A stretch of 64,000 nucleotides of DNA from Octopus bimaculoides (Eukaryota): positions 39,712,685-39,776,684 of the forward strand of contig NC_068993.1 in the NCBI RefSeq assembly GCF_001194135.2, written 5' to 3'. Position numbers and translations under genes: made by a program. This document shows positions 1 through 12,861 of the stretch, one piece after another (the first letter of the stretch is position 1; the number at the start of each line of letters is the position of its first letter). Under the pieces are notes generated by a model that did not search any database, had not been told where the DNA came from, and worked only from the letters and a program-made list of their open reading frames with translations.

Positions 1-82
1 ATTTGAACCCAGGACGTAAAGACGGATGAAATGTTGCTAAGCATTTTGCCCGGAGTGCCAACGATTCTGCCAGCTCACCGTC
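1..82 (-). mobile_element. tRNA-derived SINE family A, head fragment
   Basis: Reverse complement reads GTGAGCTGGCAGAATCGTTGGCACTCCGGGCAAAATGCTTAGC...GGGTTCAAAT (A-box and B-box like); the same sequence recurs many times in the window. Confidence 0.85.
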
Positions 83-213
<131 letters not shown>

Positions 214-779
214 CGTCAACAATATTGCTCCCTCCGTTTAATGATTTTTAAAGTCTGAACGAAACCCTAATATGCGCATATGTAAGGATGAGCGGGAGAT
301 TTTTGCCTCGGTTTAATCCACCGTATAACTTGGCACCCACATTTTAATAAGGGGTTTTTCCATGCTTTTCTTAGAAGAGAAGTGTAAGTAAGTAGTCATG
401 CTATGAATGATAGTTTGAGATGTTTCCATTCTTAGTCCATTCTTTCGAAGAATCTTATTGACTAAATTTGGAATCTAATTTCCGATACTATTCTTTGGAG
501 CCTGTAAGAAGGCAGGTAAAGAGTCTGCATGTCAGTCTAGATGGTAGGATTATCAGCCTAAAATATCGTACTTTAAAAGTGCCTACGCTTTTAAATAACG
601 GCACATTTCTCAATGCAATCATAATAAGATCTAAGAAAATACGGGATAGTCGTGGTTGGCATGATTTTGATTATTGATCTGATCGATTAGGGATGATGTG
701 AGTCTAAACAATTACAGTAACAATATCAACACCAACAGTAATAACTGAAAGAATTGATATTAATTTGAACAAATCAGCA

Positions 780-985
780 TGGTAGCCTTAACATGGACGC
801 TTGATCAGATAGTGATAGCAGCCAAATCTCTCTCAGATCACTTCTCACTATGTTACACAGGGAAATAACTCCCTGAATGGTGTAGTTTTACGGATCTCTG
901 AACAGTCGGGATGGTCAAAGTTCGGTTGTCTTTGATCATATGTCAGTACAATCGAGGTTGACTTGGGGCTAAACAACAACAATAA
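780..985 (+). mobile_element. Interspersed repeat (SINE-like family D) ending in an (AAC)n tail
   Basis: The motif ATAGCAGCCAAATCTC(C/T)CTCA(A/G)ATCAC recurs at about 38620; the related CTGCTAGAAATAGCA(A/G)C recurs at about 10700 and 41325. The 3' end is GACTTGGGGCTAAACAACAAC. Confidence 0.65.
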
Positions 986-990
986 TAATC

Positions 991-1280
991 CTTTCTACTG
1001 TAGGCACAGTGCATAAAATTTAGGGGATTTGAGTAAGTCGATTACATCGACCGCAGTGCATCACTGATAATCATTTTATCGAACCCGAAAGGATAAAAGA
1101 CAAAGTCGATCTCGGTGGAATTTGAAACAACAATCATAATAATTCTTTCTAGTATGGGAATAATATCTGACATTTGTGGGGGTGGGGTTAGTCGATGACA
1201 CTGACCCAAGTGCTCCACTGGTACTTATTTTATCGACCCCCGAATTGATGAACGGCAAAGTCAATTTGGCCAGAATTTGA
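991..1280 (-). mobile_element. Two truncated SINE family A copies
   Basis: Family A body motifs CTGGTACTTATTTTATCGACCCC and AAAG(G/A)CAAAGTC, present twice (about 991-1126 and 1143-1280). Confidence 0.8.
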
Positions 1281-1415
1281 AGAACGATAATACTAATAAT
1301 AACAACATAGAATGTAGGATATCATACACAACTACCGCACCTTGAATCTATTTGCTCGACCGCAGAACGATCAAAAACCCAACCGAAACTGACTGGATAT
1401 TAACATAATGATTAC

Positions 1416-1620
1416 AAATTTTGGCGCAAGGTCAGCAATTTCGTTGAGGTGTAATTCGATTATATTGACTCCAGTGATCAAACTGGTACTTACTTTATCG
1501 GCCCCGAAAAGATTCAAGGCAAAATCGACTTGAGCGGAATTTGAACCCAGAACGTAAAGACGGACGAAATATTGCCAAGCATTTCGCTTGGCGTGCTAAC
1601 GATTCTGCCAGCTCTCCACC
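1416..1620 (-). mobile_element. SINE family A, near full length
   Basis: Ends in GCTAACGATTCTGCCAGCTC (reverse complement of the head) and contains ACTGGTACTTACTTTATCGGCCCCGAAA. Confidence 0.88.
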
Positions 1621-1759
1621 ATAACTTGATTTGAACATGATGTAACTAAATACTGTAAAACTCACGCATCTATATGCCTACATCTGTGCGCGTGTAAGTG
1701 TTGGTGTGCGTGTTAGTATGTATGCAAGTGTGTGGGAACTAGATCTGTTGCGACCACAA

Positions 1760-2045
1760 GAGTTCGGTATTCGCGACGGTTGGTAATATACACCATGCTT
1801 TCATTTCTTGATTTCGGTACCTACGCAGATGTGAACAGATATCGATACCCTGTAGGTCCCCTGGCTTTTGACTGAGCAGATAAACTGGGATTCATGGGTA
1901 GGTGGAAGAACTTTTACAGGGGAGTAGATTTGAACGACGGGAAATGAAGTATTTTGTTCTAGAACACAACGGTCCCATCGGTCTCAAGAATTGAACTCAT
2001 GTTTTTTAAGATCATGTACGGGACATTCTAACCATTAGGCCGCAT
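1760..2045 (-). mobile_element. tRNA-headed SINE-like element with a distinct body
   Basis: Minus strand: GGCCTAATGGTTAGAATG (A box) ... GAGTTCAATTC (B box) ... TTGTGTTCTAGAACAAAATACTTCATTTC, then a body unlike families A-C. Confidence 0.55.
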
Positions 2046-2180
2046 ACTTTCACGTAACCACTTCAGTACCTTACGAAATATACAAGTCAGCTTAATCTGT
2101 AACTCAGTAATTGTTATCCACATATGCACTGAATTTCTGCAATGAATCACAATGTATCTGTGTGTTATTGTATATGTTTG

Positions 2181-2182
<2 letters not shown>

Positions 2183-2228
<46 letters not shown>
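2183..2228. repeat. (TG)n microsatellite
   Basis: Direct reading. Confidence 0.97.
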
Positions 2229-2231
<3 letters not shown>

Positions 2232-2345
2232 GGGCTAAGTCGATACAATCGATACAAATAATTGACAGGTACCCTATTTTATCGACCCTGGAGAAAAGAA
2301 AATTAAAGTCGGCCTCGGCCGGATTTGTACACAGAACATGAAGAA
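2228..2345 (-). mobile_element. SINE family A fragment
   Basis: GGTACCTATTTTATCGACCCTGGAG...AAAGTCGGCCTCGGCCGGATTTG matches the family A body. Confidence 0.75.
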
Positions 2346-2431
2346 CTGGAACCAATACCAATTATTTTTTCGACATTCTGACATTTCTGCAAATTGACTT
2401 TCCTTTATCTTATGAAAATAATAAAATTAAT

Positions 2432-2432
2432 A

Positions 2433-2493
<61 letters not shown>

Positions 2494-2549
2494 TGATGAT
2501 GATGACGATGATGATGATGATGATGATGATGATGTTGATGACGATGATA
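2432..2549. repeat. Compound (GAT)n/(GAC)n microsatellite
   Basis: Direct reading. Confidence 0.97.
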
Positions 2550-3120
2550 AAGAAGTTAATACAAAATGCCAATCAACCCCGAACCGCAACAATGGCTTTC
2601 GTTACTTCCGACGGATGGCTGTTTATTGTAAATATGGATATGATGATTGGGCAGCAAGTCCTGTGGCTATCACAAAGTCGCAGGTTCAGTCCTAGGGCAG
2701 GATGTTACATTGTGTCACTGAGCATAGCACTTCATTTCACGTTGTTTCACTCAACTCAACAGTAAATAAGCAGCAGCTGATTGCTTGTTGAACCTTCTCT
2801 GCCTCTCAAGATGTCACGTCCTGCATGTGATACTTGGTTTAGAATGAAGAGACGGAAAGGGTATCGAGGTTTGCTCTCGACTTTATATGCATTTAAAGCA
2901 ATTAACAAAGGAATTGTAAAACCTGTGAATGATAGGTGGTTGTAGTTTAAAAGTTATTTAATATACGGGCCTTAATATCACACTTGACTCTCACCCACGG
3001 AAACCGTTATTAGGATTAGGGAAGGGCTGGTAATTTGTATTAACTTCATTATCATTGTCTTTCCTCATTATGGACATCATTAATCTTTTACATCATTAAT
3101 ATATTTGAGACACATTAGCT

Positions 3121-3460
3121 GTGAGCTGGCAAAATAATTGGCATGTGTGGCAAAATGCTTTGCAGCATTTCGTTCGTCTTCACGTTCTGAGTTCAAATAC
3201 CGCAGTGGTCGACTTTGCTTTTCATCCTGTCGAGATCGATAAAAAAAGTACCAGTTGATCACTGGGGTCGTTTAATCGATTTAGCTCCTCTCTCGAAATT
3301 GCTGGCCTTGTGGCAAAATTTGAAAAAGTGGCGAGCTGGCAGAATCGTTAGCACACAGAGGAAAATACTTAGCAGCGTTTCTTCCTTCTTTACGCTGAGT
3401 TCAAATTCCGCCTGAGGTTAACTTTGCCTTTTATATTTTCGGAGTTAATAAAATAAATAC
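3121..3460 (+). mobile_element. Two tandem SINE family A copies
   Basis: GTGAGCTGGCA...GTTCTGAGTTCAAATACCGC...GTCGACTTTGCTTTTCATCC (3121-3328), then GCGAGCTGGCAGAATCGTTAGCAC...GAGTTCAAATTCCGCC (3330-3460). Confidence 0.88.
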
Positions 3461-4224
3461 AGGGCAAAGTAAATCTGGCCAAAATGTCAAAGAACAATAA
3501 TACAAATAATAACAACATAGAATGCAGGATATCATACACAACTACCGCAGTTTGAATCTAATTGCTCGTCCACAGAACATTTAAAGACATGGGGGTCGAC
3601 TCAATCGACTTAGTCTCTCCCCCGAAACTGCTGGCCTTGTGTCAAAATTTGAAACCAATATGTAACCCGTGAAAAGCCTGTTTTCCTAGCAATTTGCCGT
3701 GGAGAAAACTCATTTCAGGAAATAGGTGCCAAAACGCCAGCAGTCATATATCATGGCACCGTCTGGTAGGACGATGAATATATTTCAAAATACTTGGCTA
3801 TCATCATCATCCTTAAGAGTGGTGGATTAACAGATTGATTAAAAATCAAAAAGAGCATTGTGGCATTAATTCCGGCTCTTCACATTCTTTACTAAAATCC
3901 CACCGCGTGCATTAAGCTAATGAATGACAGAAACAATGCTGTGCTTCATTAGAACTTCTCGCTTTATTTAAGTCTGTCTATTGATCTTTCTGAGTTCTTG
4001 ATTCCGGGGGTCGATTTTGTATTTCGTTCCACCCGGGTCAGTTATAAATTTACTAATAAACTTAGTCATTCCTTAACAGTGAATATTTCGTAAGTAAATT
4101 GTTAAATTTACACGAAATGAACGATTGATTGTATTTTGTTTTCATCTGTATGTTATTATATAATATAATACGTGAATAATATGTCTGTGTGCTTGTGAGT
4201 ACACAGATATATAAATAAATCGAT

Positions 4225-4297
4225 CGATTTATAGATAGACAGATAGACAGACAGACGGGCAGGAAGAGAGACAGACAGATAAATAGATAGGTAGACA

Positions 4298-4341
<44 letters not shown>

Positions 4342-4346
4342 GAGAA

Positions 4347-4390
<44 letters not shown>

Positions 4391-4395
4391 ATTGA
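4225..4395. repeat. Compound (GATA)n/(GACA)n/(TA)n microsatellite
   Basis: Direct reading. Confidence 0.95.
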
Positions 4396-4924
4396 GTGAT
4401 GAGTAGAGAATTAGATAACTAGATGCACGTGGAACTGTAAACGGTTTAATGTGAAATAATTCATGGAAACGGCAGAAAGTCGAAGAAAATAAGTAAGCAA
4501 TATATTTTGGCAATTTCGGATATTCAGACGAACAGGGCAAGAGATAAAGAGATAAAGAGATAAATAGAGAAAGAGAAAGAGAGAGCGAGTCGAGAGAGAA
4601 TGAAAGGGTCCAGGGAAAAAGATGGGAATTTACTACAAGACTACGGGACAATAGATGAAAGAAGAGTGAAGTTATTAAGGTATCTCCTTCCAAAGATATT
4701 AGTAAACGCACACACACACGCACACTCACTCATACACGCGCGCACACACACACACCCTATTATGTTAACCCTGAAATTGGAAATCTTTAATGAGGTTCAA
4801 AAGAAATATTTGGGGTCAGTTTCCCCACTTGGAAGTGAAAATAAATTAGAATTCATTAAGAAGGAATTCTTTGCGATCAACTTTGGAAAACGCTTTACGC
4901 TTGTTCTTGTAATGTTGCAGTTGT

Positions 4925-5044
4925 TTGTTTGTTATTGTTGTTGTTGTTGTTGATGGTGGTGTTGGTGGTGGTGGTGGCGGCAGTTGCTTTAACAGACTTT
5001 GGTTATGTGTGGTGGAGACGGAGGGAACGCAATGACAAGCAAAG

Positions 5045-5075
<31 letters not shown>

Positions 5076-5305
5076 GGTGGTGGTGGTGGTGGTGGAGTGG
5101 GGTTGTCAATAGTGGAAGTGTAGTGTCGGAGGTTGTGACGATTATTGAGTAGGGCTTAATGATAATTACGATGACCATGATGATAATGAAGACGAATATG
5201 ACGACGACGACGACGACGACGATGATGATGATGGTGACCATGATGATGATGATGCTGTTGCTGGTCCTCATAGTAGTAATTATGACGAAGATGGTATTGG
5301 TGATG

Positions 5306-5338
<33 letters not shown>

Positions 5339-5530
5339 GATGATTACTAAGGCTTATGATGATGGTGATAGTGATGGTGGTGATTATGGAGAAGATGAGG
5401 CTGGTAATGAAGAGAAGATAATGTTATTGTTGTTATTGGTGGTAGTGGTGCTGTTGGTGGCGGTGCGATGACGAATGGTGTTACTGCTGCTGATGCTGAT
5501 GACGAAGAAGAAGAGGTGGGGGAGAAGGTG
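4925..5530. repeat. Compound trinucleotide array (GTT/GGT/GAT/GAC/GAA)
   Basis: Direct reading; it produces the poly-L/V/G/H/M/T ORFs in the track. Confidence 0.93.
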
Positions 5531-5689
5531 GAGGAGTAGGTGGAGATATCGAAAGAGAAGGAGGAACATTTCGAATATTCATTTAGTATTTATTAGTATT
5601 TAAGTAGTTTTTTTTTATCTCCTCTCTCACGCGTTAACACTTGCACATATATGTGTGCACATTATTACATCTTTGCTAGTTAGCGTGCA

Positions 5690-5862
5690 TGTTCATACAC
5701 ACACACATAGATATATACTTACACGTGCATATATATATATATATACATACATATATACACATACATCCATATATATACACGCACATATACATATATACAT
5801 ATACATACATATATATACATATATATATATATATATGTATATATATGCATATATATACATGC

Positions 5863-5950
<88 letters not shown>
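5690..5950. repeat. (TA)n/(CA)n degenerate dinucleotide tract
   Basis: Direct reading. Confidence 0.95.
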
Positions 5951-5953
<3 letters not shown>

Positions 5954-6914
5954 CATAGAGGAAAATCACAAAAACTTACAGTCACACATGGACAAGAGCA
6001 TTCATAAACATCTGTAGCGCTCCGGCCACGCCCTCCCACCACCAACACCACCGACACATTTTACAGTTAGATTTACGTTTACATTTACATATACGGCCAA
6101 ACACAGAAAGACAAAATTCACTATTGCTCACTATTGCTCACTATTGCGCACTCCCATATAAACACATAGAGCTTTGAAGAACATTACTCAATTGACAGTG
6201 TATGAACATTTTGTTATAACGTTGATGAAAAACCTTATATCTTTTGTAAATCACCATTAATATCTCATTGCTTTCAATGGTTCTTATTATTTCTTTTAGC
6301 AGAAATTTTTCCATTGACATATCCCCCATTTGCTCACACGTTCCAGTGCTTGTGTGCAGGTCGAAGCAATCTCTGTGACATCTCAAATCTGTAGACCATT
6401 CAAGCTTTTGTTGATACGACACTCACCAGACCACGAACAACGGAACTAAGACGCAATAAAACCCAGATTTCTAAGAGATTCACTTATTAACAACATTCTG
6501 ACTTCACAATAAAACGTTTCTTAATTTCTTAAGAGTCATGTGAAGGTAACCTACAACTTTTACGAATTGATGCTGACGGTGCAAACGCTATTTATTATTT
6601 TTATTATTATCACTATTATTATTATTATTGATAATATTCAGATGATTGTTTGAAAATGATGGATTTAAAGAAAGAGATAATATAGAAACAGGCGAGTGTG
6701 CATAAAAGACCTTCTCTCTTGTTTACAGGAAATAAGATTTTAGAAGATTGAGCCTGATTCAATAGGAAAACTAATATTAAAAGTAAAATTGAAAAACATC
6801 GACTGTATGCTTTAACTTTGACCGACAAATAGCTAATGAACAAGAAATTCGAGCTATAGAAGGCAGATTCAAAATGCCAATACATCGTCACCTGCCTGTG
6901 GACACAGCAAGAGG

Positions 6915-6947
6915 AGAAAGGGAGAGAGAGAGAGGGAGAGAGAGAGA

Positions 6948-6980
<33 letters not shown>
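6915..6980. repeat. (GA)n microsatellite
   Basis: Direct reading. Confidence 0.95.
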
Positions 6981-6982
<2 letters not shown>

Positions 6983-7493
6983 TGACCAGAACGAGAGATT
7001 GAGTGAGGGTAAAAGATAAAGAGAGCACATCGAACGTAAATGCGAGATAGAGTGAATTATGAGATGAAGAAACATTTGAAGATAATTCTAAGTAAATATC
7101 GCGACAATTTATTTCGTTCTTCAATGACTCAAATGGTAGAATAGTCGAAAGACGAAATATTACGCCTAATATGAAACTATTAGTAAGTGACAGGCATGCA
7201 ATTTGCTTAGCCCAAGATCATCCCTGGTTGAGCGNNNNNNNNNNNNNNNNNNNNNNNNNNNNNNNNNNNNNNNNNNNNNNNNNNNNNNNNNNNNNNNNNN
7301 NNNNNNNNNNNNNNNNNNNNNNNNNNNNNNNNNNNNNNNNNNNNNNNNNNNNNNNNNNNNNNNNNNNNNNNNNNNNNNNNNNNNNNNNNNNNNNNNNNNN
7401 NNNNNNNNNNNNNNNNNNNNNNNNNNNNNNNNNNNNNNNNNNNNNNNNNNNNNNNNNNNNNNNNNNNNNNNNNNNNNNNNNNNNNNNNNNNNN

Positions 7494-7534
<41 letters not shown>

Positions 7535-7744
7535 GTATATATATATACATACATATATATATATATGTACATATGTATGTATATATACACATATATATAT
7601 ACCTGTATATAAAAATATACATACATACATATATATGTGTGTGTGTATTTGTATGCGTATATACATAGGTAGGTAGATATGTTTATATTTATGTATATAT
7701 AAATCTTTGTATGTATATATGTGCTTATGTATATCTCTCTCCCT

Positions 7745-7797
<53 letters not shown>

Positions 7798-8507
7798 TTA
7801 CATGCACATATTTACTTCGTGTCCGCCTTTGCAAAAGGCAATCATTCTACGCCTTCTCGAAGTTTATATAAGAAAAATCTCATGACGTCAACGACATACA
7901 ATTTTCACTGGTAAGAATTAAATTTGTAAAGCGGTCAGAGTAATTTGAGGAATTCTTTGCCACAATGGTAAAACGCCTGTCGCGTTCACAGGAGATTTGG
8001 GTTCGAAACCATGGGCTTGAAACCGACATTTTCTATCTATAAAGCTGTAATACATCAATATTTGTGTGCTATTATTTATAGCGTTGTTTGCTTCGAGATC
8101 CACGAAAGAATCATTTCACGTTTTCTTGGACTTTATAAAAGTTCCTAAATAGGTATATATTCTTCCAGTTGTTTTAGTCTTTGGACTGCAGCCATGATAG
8201 ACCAACGCCTTGAAGGTGTAAGAGGAACAAATCTCTCCCGATGCTAAATATTTTGAAACTTATTCTTTCAAGGACATAAAACAAAAGCGATTGTGAAAAA
8301 GGTCTGGGAGGTAAACACAATGATCGAATTGGTTGGCCCTGGGCAATAATAGAAATCATTCCTTAAGAGGACACACAATGAACCGAAAACCATAAGATTG
8401 CAAACCTGAATCTATACCACACGCGTCCATGCGTGCGCCTATACACACACTCCCGCACACACATACACACACACACACAGACACAGACACAGACACACAC
8501 ACATACA

Positions 8508-8541
<34 letters not shown>

Positions 8542-8610
8542 NNNNNNNNNNNNNNNNNNNNNNNNNNNNNNNNNNNNNNNNNNNNNNNNNNNNNNNNNNN
8601 NNNNNNNNNN

Positions 8611-8646
<36 letters not shown>

Positions 8647-9407
8647 AAATGAAAAACGAAAGATGAAATATACGAGAATTTTTATTAATGACAATTGTTT
8701 CAACAGATCTAGCATCAATCCCTCACGGGTGGAACACTTAACAACTGGATCAGGAGCGTCCTGCGGTGCAGATGTGTCTCATCGGTTGATAAATTGATAC
8801 GACTCCTTAACATAACACTTCCACAATGTATCTTCTTGTATCGTAAAAAAAAGTAAAAGGACCAATACGAAGGAAATACTTTCGTTTATATACGATCAAA
8901 AATAAAATCACTGATGCAAAAAAGAAACGAACACGCAATACAGCGAGAAAAGTATTAAAAATAACCGTTAACGTATATGGATGTATAAAAGCCTTCACGC
9001 AATCTCCATGGCGCGTGTACTCTCGCTCATACAAGCATCCACGAAAATGTAAGCATACACATACGTGTGGTTTGGTGCACACACGATCACAAAGCGAGCT
9101 ACGTAGCTACTTGATGTTTATAAGAATGGAGAGGCTAAAGTAAATTATGGTCACAGTTACTCAAATTCATTCCGCTCATACAGTGACCAATGGTTTCGCA
9201 TCCACAAAGCCACAAAGATGTTATGTAATTCGACCGGAAATATTATGAAGGAGACTTAGCTGCTGCTTCTCGTATGTCGATTAACTGCACATAGGCTTTC
9301 TTTTATAGTATATGCTTTCGTTGGTACTTAACCCTGTGTTTACTCTTGCTCGAACAGACACATTCCAGTCGTCATCCCAAATCTACAATTATATTTTTTT
9401 ATCTGCT

Positions 9408-9800
9408 ATCTTTTATTTGTTTTAATCATTAGACTGTGGCCATGCTGGGGCACCGCCCTGAAGAATTTTTAGTCATATGAATCGACCCAAGCAGCTTTTT
9501 TTTATTTTTAATCGTGATACTCATTCTTCTCGGATCGTTCTTGCTGAACCGATAAGTTACGGGGACGTAAACACATCAACACCTATTGTCAAGTGAGGCT
9601 GGTGGTGGTGGGAGGCACAAACACAGACACAATGACATATATATACACATATACACGACTGGCTTCTTTCAGTTTCCGTCTACCAAATCTACTCACAAGG
9701 TTTTGGACGACCCGGGACTATTGTACAAGGCACTTGTCCAAGATAAAACGCAGTGGGACTGAACCAAGAACCATGTGGTTCAGAAGCAACCTTCTCAACA
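9408..9800 (-). mobile_element. tRNA-derived SINE family B, near full length
   Basis: Minus-strand head ...CCACATGGTTCTTGGTTCAGTCCCACTGCG..., then GGTAGACGGAAACTGAAAGAAGCC, GTCCCCGTAACTTATCGGTTCAGCAA and GGCGGTGCCCCAGCATGGCCACAGTC; shared with copies at about 25130, 35505, 47610, 60975 and 61835. Confidence 0.9.
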
Positions 9801-10173
9801 CACAAATTTTCTTTGTGAGTAAATCGAGGGAAAGGTTTTGCTGCTCTTTCTAGCGAGCTACGCTAATGCGTCCGTCATTTACTCATGTAATATATAGTGG
9901 TAGAATAATTGGCAAAACATCAGGGTGCCCAATTAAACGTTTTATAGTAGTCTAACATACTCTGTGTTTAAATCCCAACGGAGGCCATTTAGAAATTTAT
10001 AATTTCCAATGAATAAAAAAAAAAGTACCAGTAATATCAAATTGCTATGTCAATTAAATATGCACCATTGTCAGCAAAAATTTCGTTTTACATGTAGGAG
10101 TGCTCTTCACGGTCGATCAACCTGCTCGAAGTATCAGTTAACTCAAATTATATCTATTTGTTTTCCTTTTAAT

Positions 10174-10499
10174 CAGTGATTCTCAACCAGGGTCCATATA
10201 AGATATTTGGGGGCTCAGATAAGCAAAATAATCAATTGGGCACCCGCGGTAGTGTATTGAAAGTGCATGATAAAATGTTACTTTCGTAGTATTTATTGCA
10301 AGAAAAAGCTACGGTTCTTTCTCTGACATTTTACAGAATTCACTTAACACAAGTTAATGTGCGGGAAGCAAAATACGAATTTTGAAAGAAGTATCCATAC
10401 AACTAGATTTTAAACATCAAATGGGTTTGGGGGTCCACCAGAATAAAATAATAATTAAGGGAGTCCTTGGGTAAAATAAAAGACAGTTGAGAACCATTG
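10174..10499. mobile_element. hAT-type (Charlie/MER5-like) MITE
   Basis: TIRs CAGTGATTCTCAAC (10174-10187) and GTTGAGAACCATTG (10486-10499). The 8-bp flanks CTTTTAAT and CTTCAAAT match at 6/8, consistent with a decayed hAT target-site duplication. Confidence 0.82.
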
Positions 10500-11626
10500 C
10501 TTCAAATGGACATACATACACATTATGTGATGAAATTTCCATACGAAAACTCAAAAACCGAATAAGGCGACCACATCGAGAACACGTTTGGTTATAAGTG
10601 AGCTCAATCAGATAAAGATTTGGCTAAATAACGTACTCAACAATAGCAATAAAATCTCAGTATAGGACTAACAAGTGGGCTCTACGTAGATGTTTGACTT
10701 GCTAGAAGCAGCAGCCAACGAAACTTCACTGTATTAAAAAGAAAGGACCAAATCATCAACTTTGCTATGTATTTGATTATGGACCTCTTCGGGGAAGGCT
10801 AAACAAGAGCTGCACAAGGACAACAAAACGCATCCAAATATGGCTTCGATGAAGCTATACGAAGTTGCACAAGCACTCAGTTCTGAGGACACTGCTTTTT
10901 ATTGCGCAAACAGCTGCAAGATAATGAAGGTGGTTACATAGTTCTGTATGTACGAATGTATGCATGTATGTATCTCTCTTTATCTATCTATCAATCTATC
11001 TATCTATCTGTCTGTCTATATATATATATATATATNNNNNNNNNNNNNNNNNNNNNNNNNNNNNNNNNNNNNNNNNNNNNNNNNNNNNNNNNNNNNNNNN
11101 NNNNNNNNNNNNNNNNNNNNNNNNNNNNNNNNNNNNNNNNNNNNNNNNNNNNNNNNNNNNNNNNNNNNNNNNNNNNNNNNNNNNNNNNNNNNNNNNNNNN
11201 NNNNNNNNNNNNNNNNNNNNNNNNNNNNNNNNNNNNNNNNNNNNNNNNNNNNNNNNNNNNNNNNNNNNNNNNNNNNNNNNNNNNNNNNNNNNNNNNNNNN
11301 NNNNNNNNNNNNNNNNNNNNNNNNNNNNNNNNNNNNNNNNNNNNNNNNNNNNNNNNNNNNNNNNNNNNNNNNNNNNNNNNNNNNNNNNNNNNNNNNNNNN
11401 NNNNNNNNNNNNNNNNNNNNNNNNNNNNNNNNNNNNNNNNNNNNNNNNNNNNNNNNNNNNNNNNNNNNNNNNNNNNNNNNNNNNNNNNNNNNNNNNNNNN
11501 NNNNNNNNNNNNNNNNNNNNNNNNNNNNNNNNNNNNNNNNNNNNNNNNNNNNNNNNNNNNNNNNNNNNNNNNNNNNNNNNNNNNNNNNNNNNNNNNNNNN
11601 NNNNNNNNNNNNNNNNNNNNNNNNNN

Positions 11627-11658
<32 letters not shown>

Positions 11659-12039
11659 CATATATTGAAATGTGTGTGTGGTATTACTTGTGGAGAAGAA
11701 GGCTAAGCCCAGACGTCGTAGAAAACTCGACGCAAGTGAGCGTCGATGTACTCTTATTAAATATATTGACTATTAAGGCTGTACATTCACATAATTTCTT
11801 TCGAGGATCGTCAAACAATAAAGTACGTCTGGACCACCCGTCTAAAACATACCTGTTTATGTGTCTAGCACTTGCAATATGAAATATATAAATAGGTGTG
11901 GTTCCTTATGGGAAAATACGAGGCATTGTTTGGTGAACAATGGATTGTTGTTAGCGTTGTGTTGAAAAGTATTTTACGGGCGAAGTAATGTTTTTAGTGC
12001 TATTCAATGTAAGTTCAGTTCTTCACAAGTGATCTTTAA

Positions 12040-12130
12040 TCTTGTATTTGTTTCAGTCATTGGATTGCGGCCAAACTGGAACACCGCGTTGAAGAGTTTA
12101 GCTGAACAAATCGATTTAAGGACTTTTATT
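12040..12130 (-). mobile_element. SINE family B 3' fragment
   Basis: TTGTTTCAGTCATTGGATTGCGGCCAAACTGGAACACCGC is the reverse complement of the family B tail. Confidence 0.7.
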
Positions 12131-12284
12131 ATATGCACAGGAAACATTCACAGGCACATATATACATGCACATACATACACATACATATACACGCAAACA
12201 TGCATACACACTCACACAGGTTTAGTGCTGTATCGCAAGAAAGAGCTATGGATGCCATACGGCAGTATATATACATACACACGA

Positions 12285-12447
12285 CAAACTGGTTGGCATT
12301 AGGAAGGAAATGAAGCTTTAGAAACTGTATTACTGCAAACATTATAGCTTGACGCAGTCCACTGGTTCCTCAGACCCTGTGGAACTGATTGAGCCATACC
12401 AGCATGGAAAACGGACCTTAAACGGAGGTGTTGGGGGGGGGTGAGGA

Positions 12448-12479
<32 letters not shown>

Positions 12480-12480
12480 T
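12285..12480 (+). mobile_element. RTE-type LINE/SINE 3' tail with (GAT)n
   Basis: GGTTGGCATTAGGAAGG...CCAGCATGGAAAACGGACCTTAAACG followed by a GAT-repeat tail; family assignment is from recalled resemblance. Confidence 0.55.
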
Positions 12481-12784
12481 ATGAAAATGATTACGTCTAA
12501 AACAAAAAAAATAATTCTGCTCTATCAGACTTTGGTAAATGTAGCTTTGAACAGGAAGAATTAGTTTCATCAGAATATTTCTAAATGATCATTCTAGACC
12601 GTAAAAACCTTCCCGGTGGCGGTTCAGCAATGGTAACCATATTAATACCCATATACTTTCCTTTGTTTGCAACCTAGCTCCTCTTTCTTCTTCCACAGCC
12701 AGACAAATTATGTTTCTATGACCTCGTTCATTCTGTTAAGAACTTATTTTCTCCGTCGTTTTTCTTTTTACTATGATGGTTGAA

Positions 12785-12785
12785 C

Positions 12786-12860
<75 letters not shown>
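12785..12860. repeat. (TATC)n microsatellite
   Basis: Direct reading. Confidence 0.97.

Positions 12861-12861
<1 letters not shown>

Noticed and set aside
5060-5105. (GGT)n as a G-quadruplex element
   Set aside because: An ordinary microsatellite with two-G tracts; nothing suggests function.
7955-8015. tRNA-like sequence (CAATGGTAAAACG...GGGTTCGAAACC)
   Set aside because: A and B boxes are present but there is no complete cloverleaf or acceptor stem; it is treated as a SINE head, as are all other tRNA-like segments in the window.
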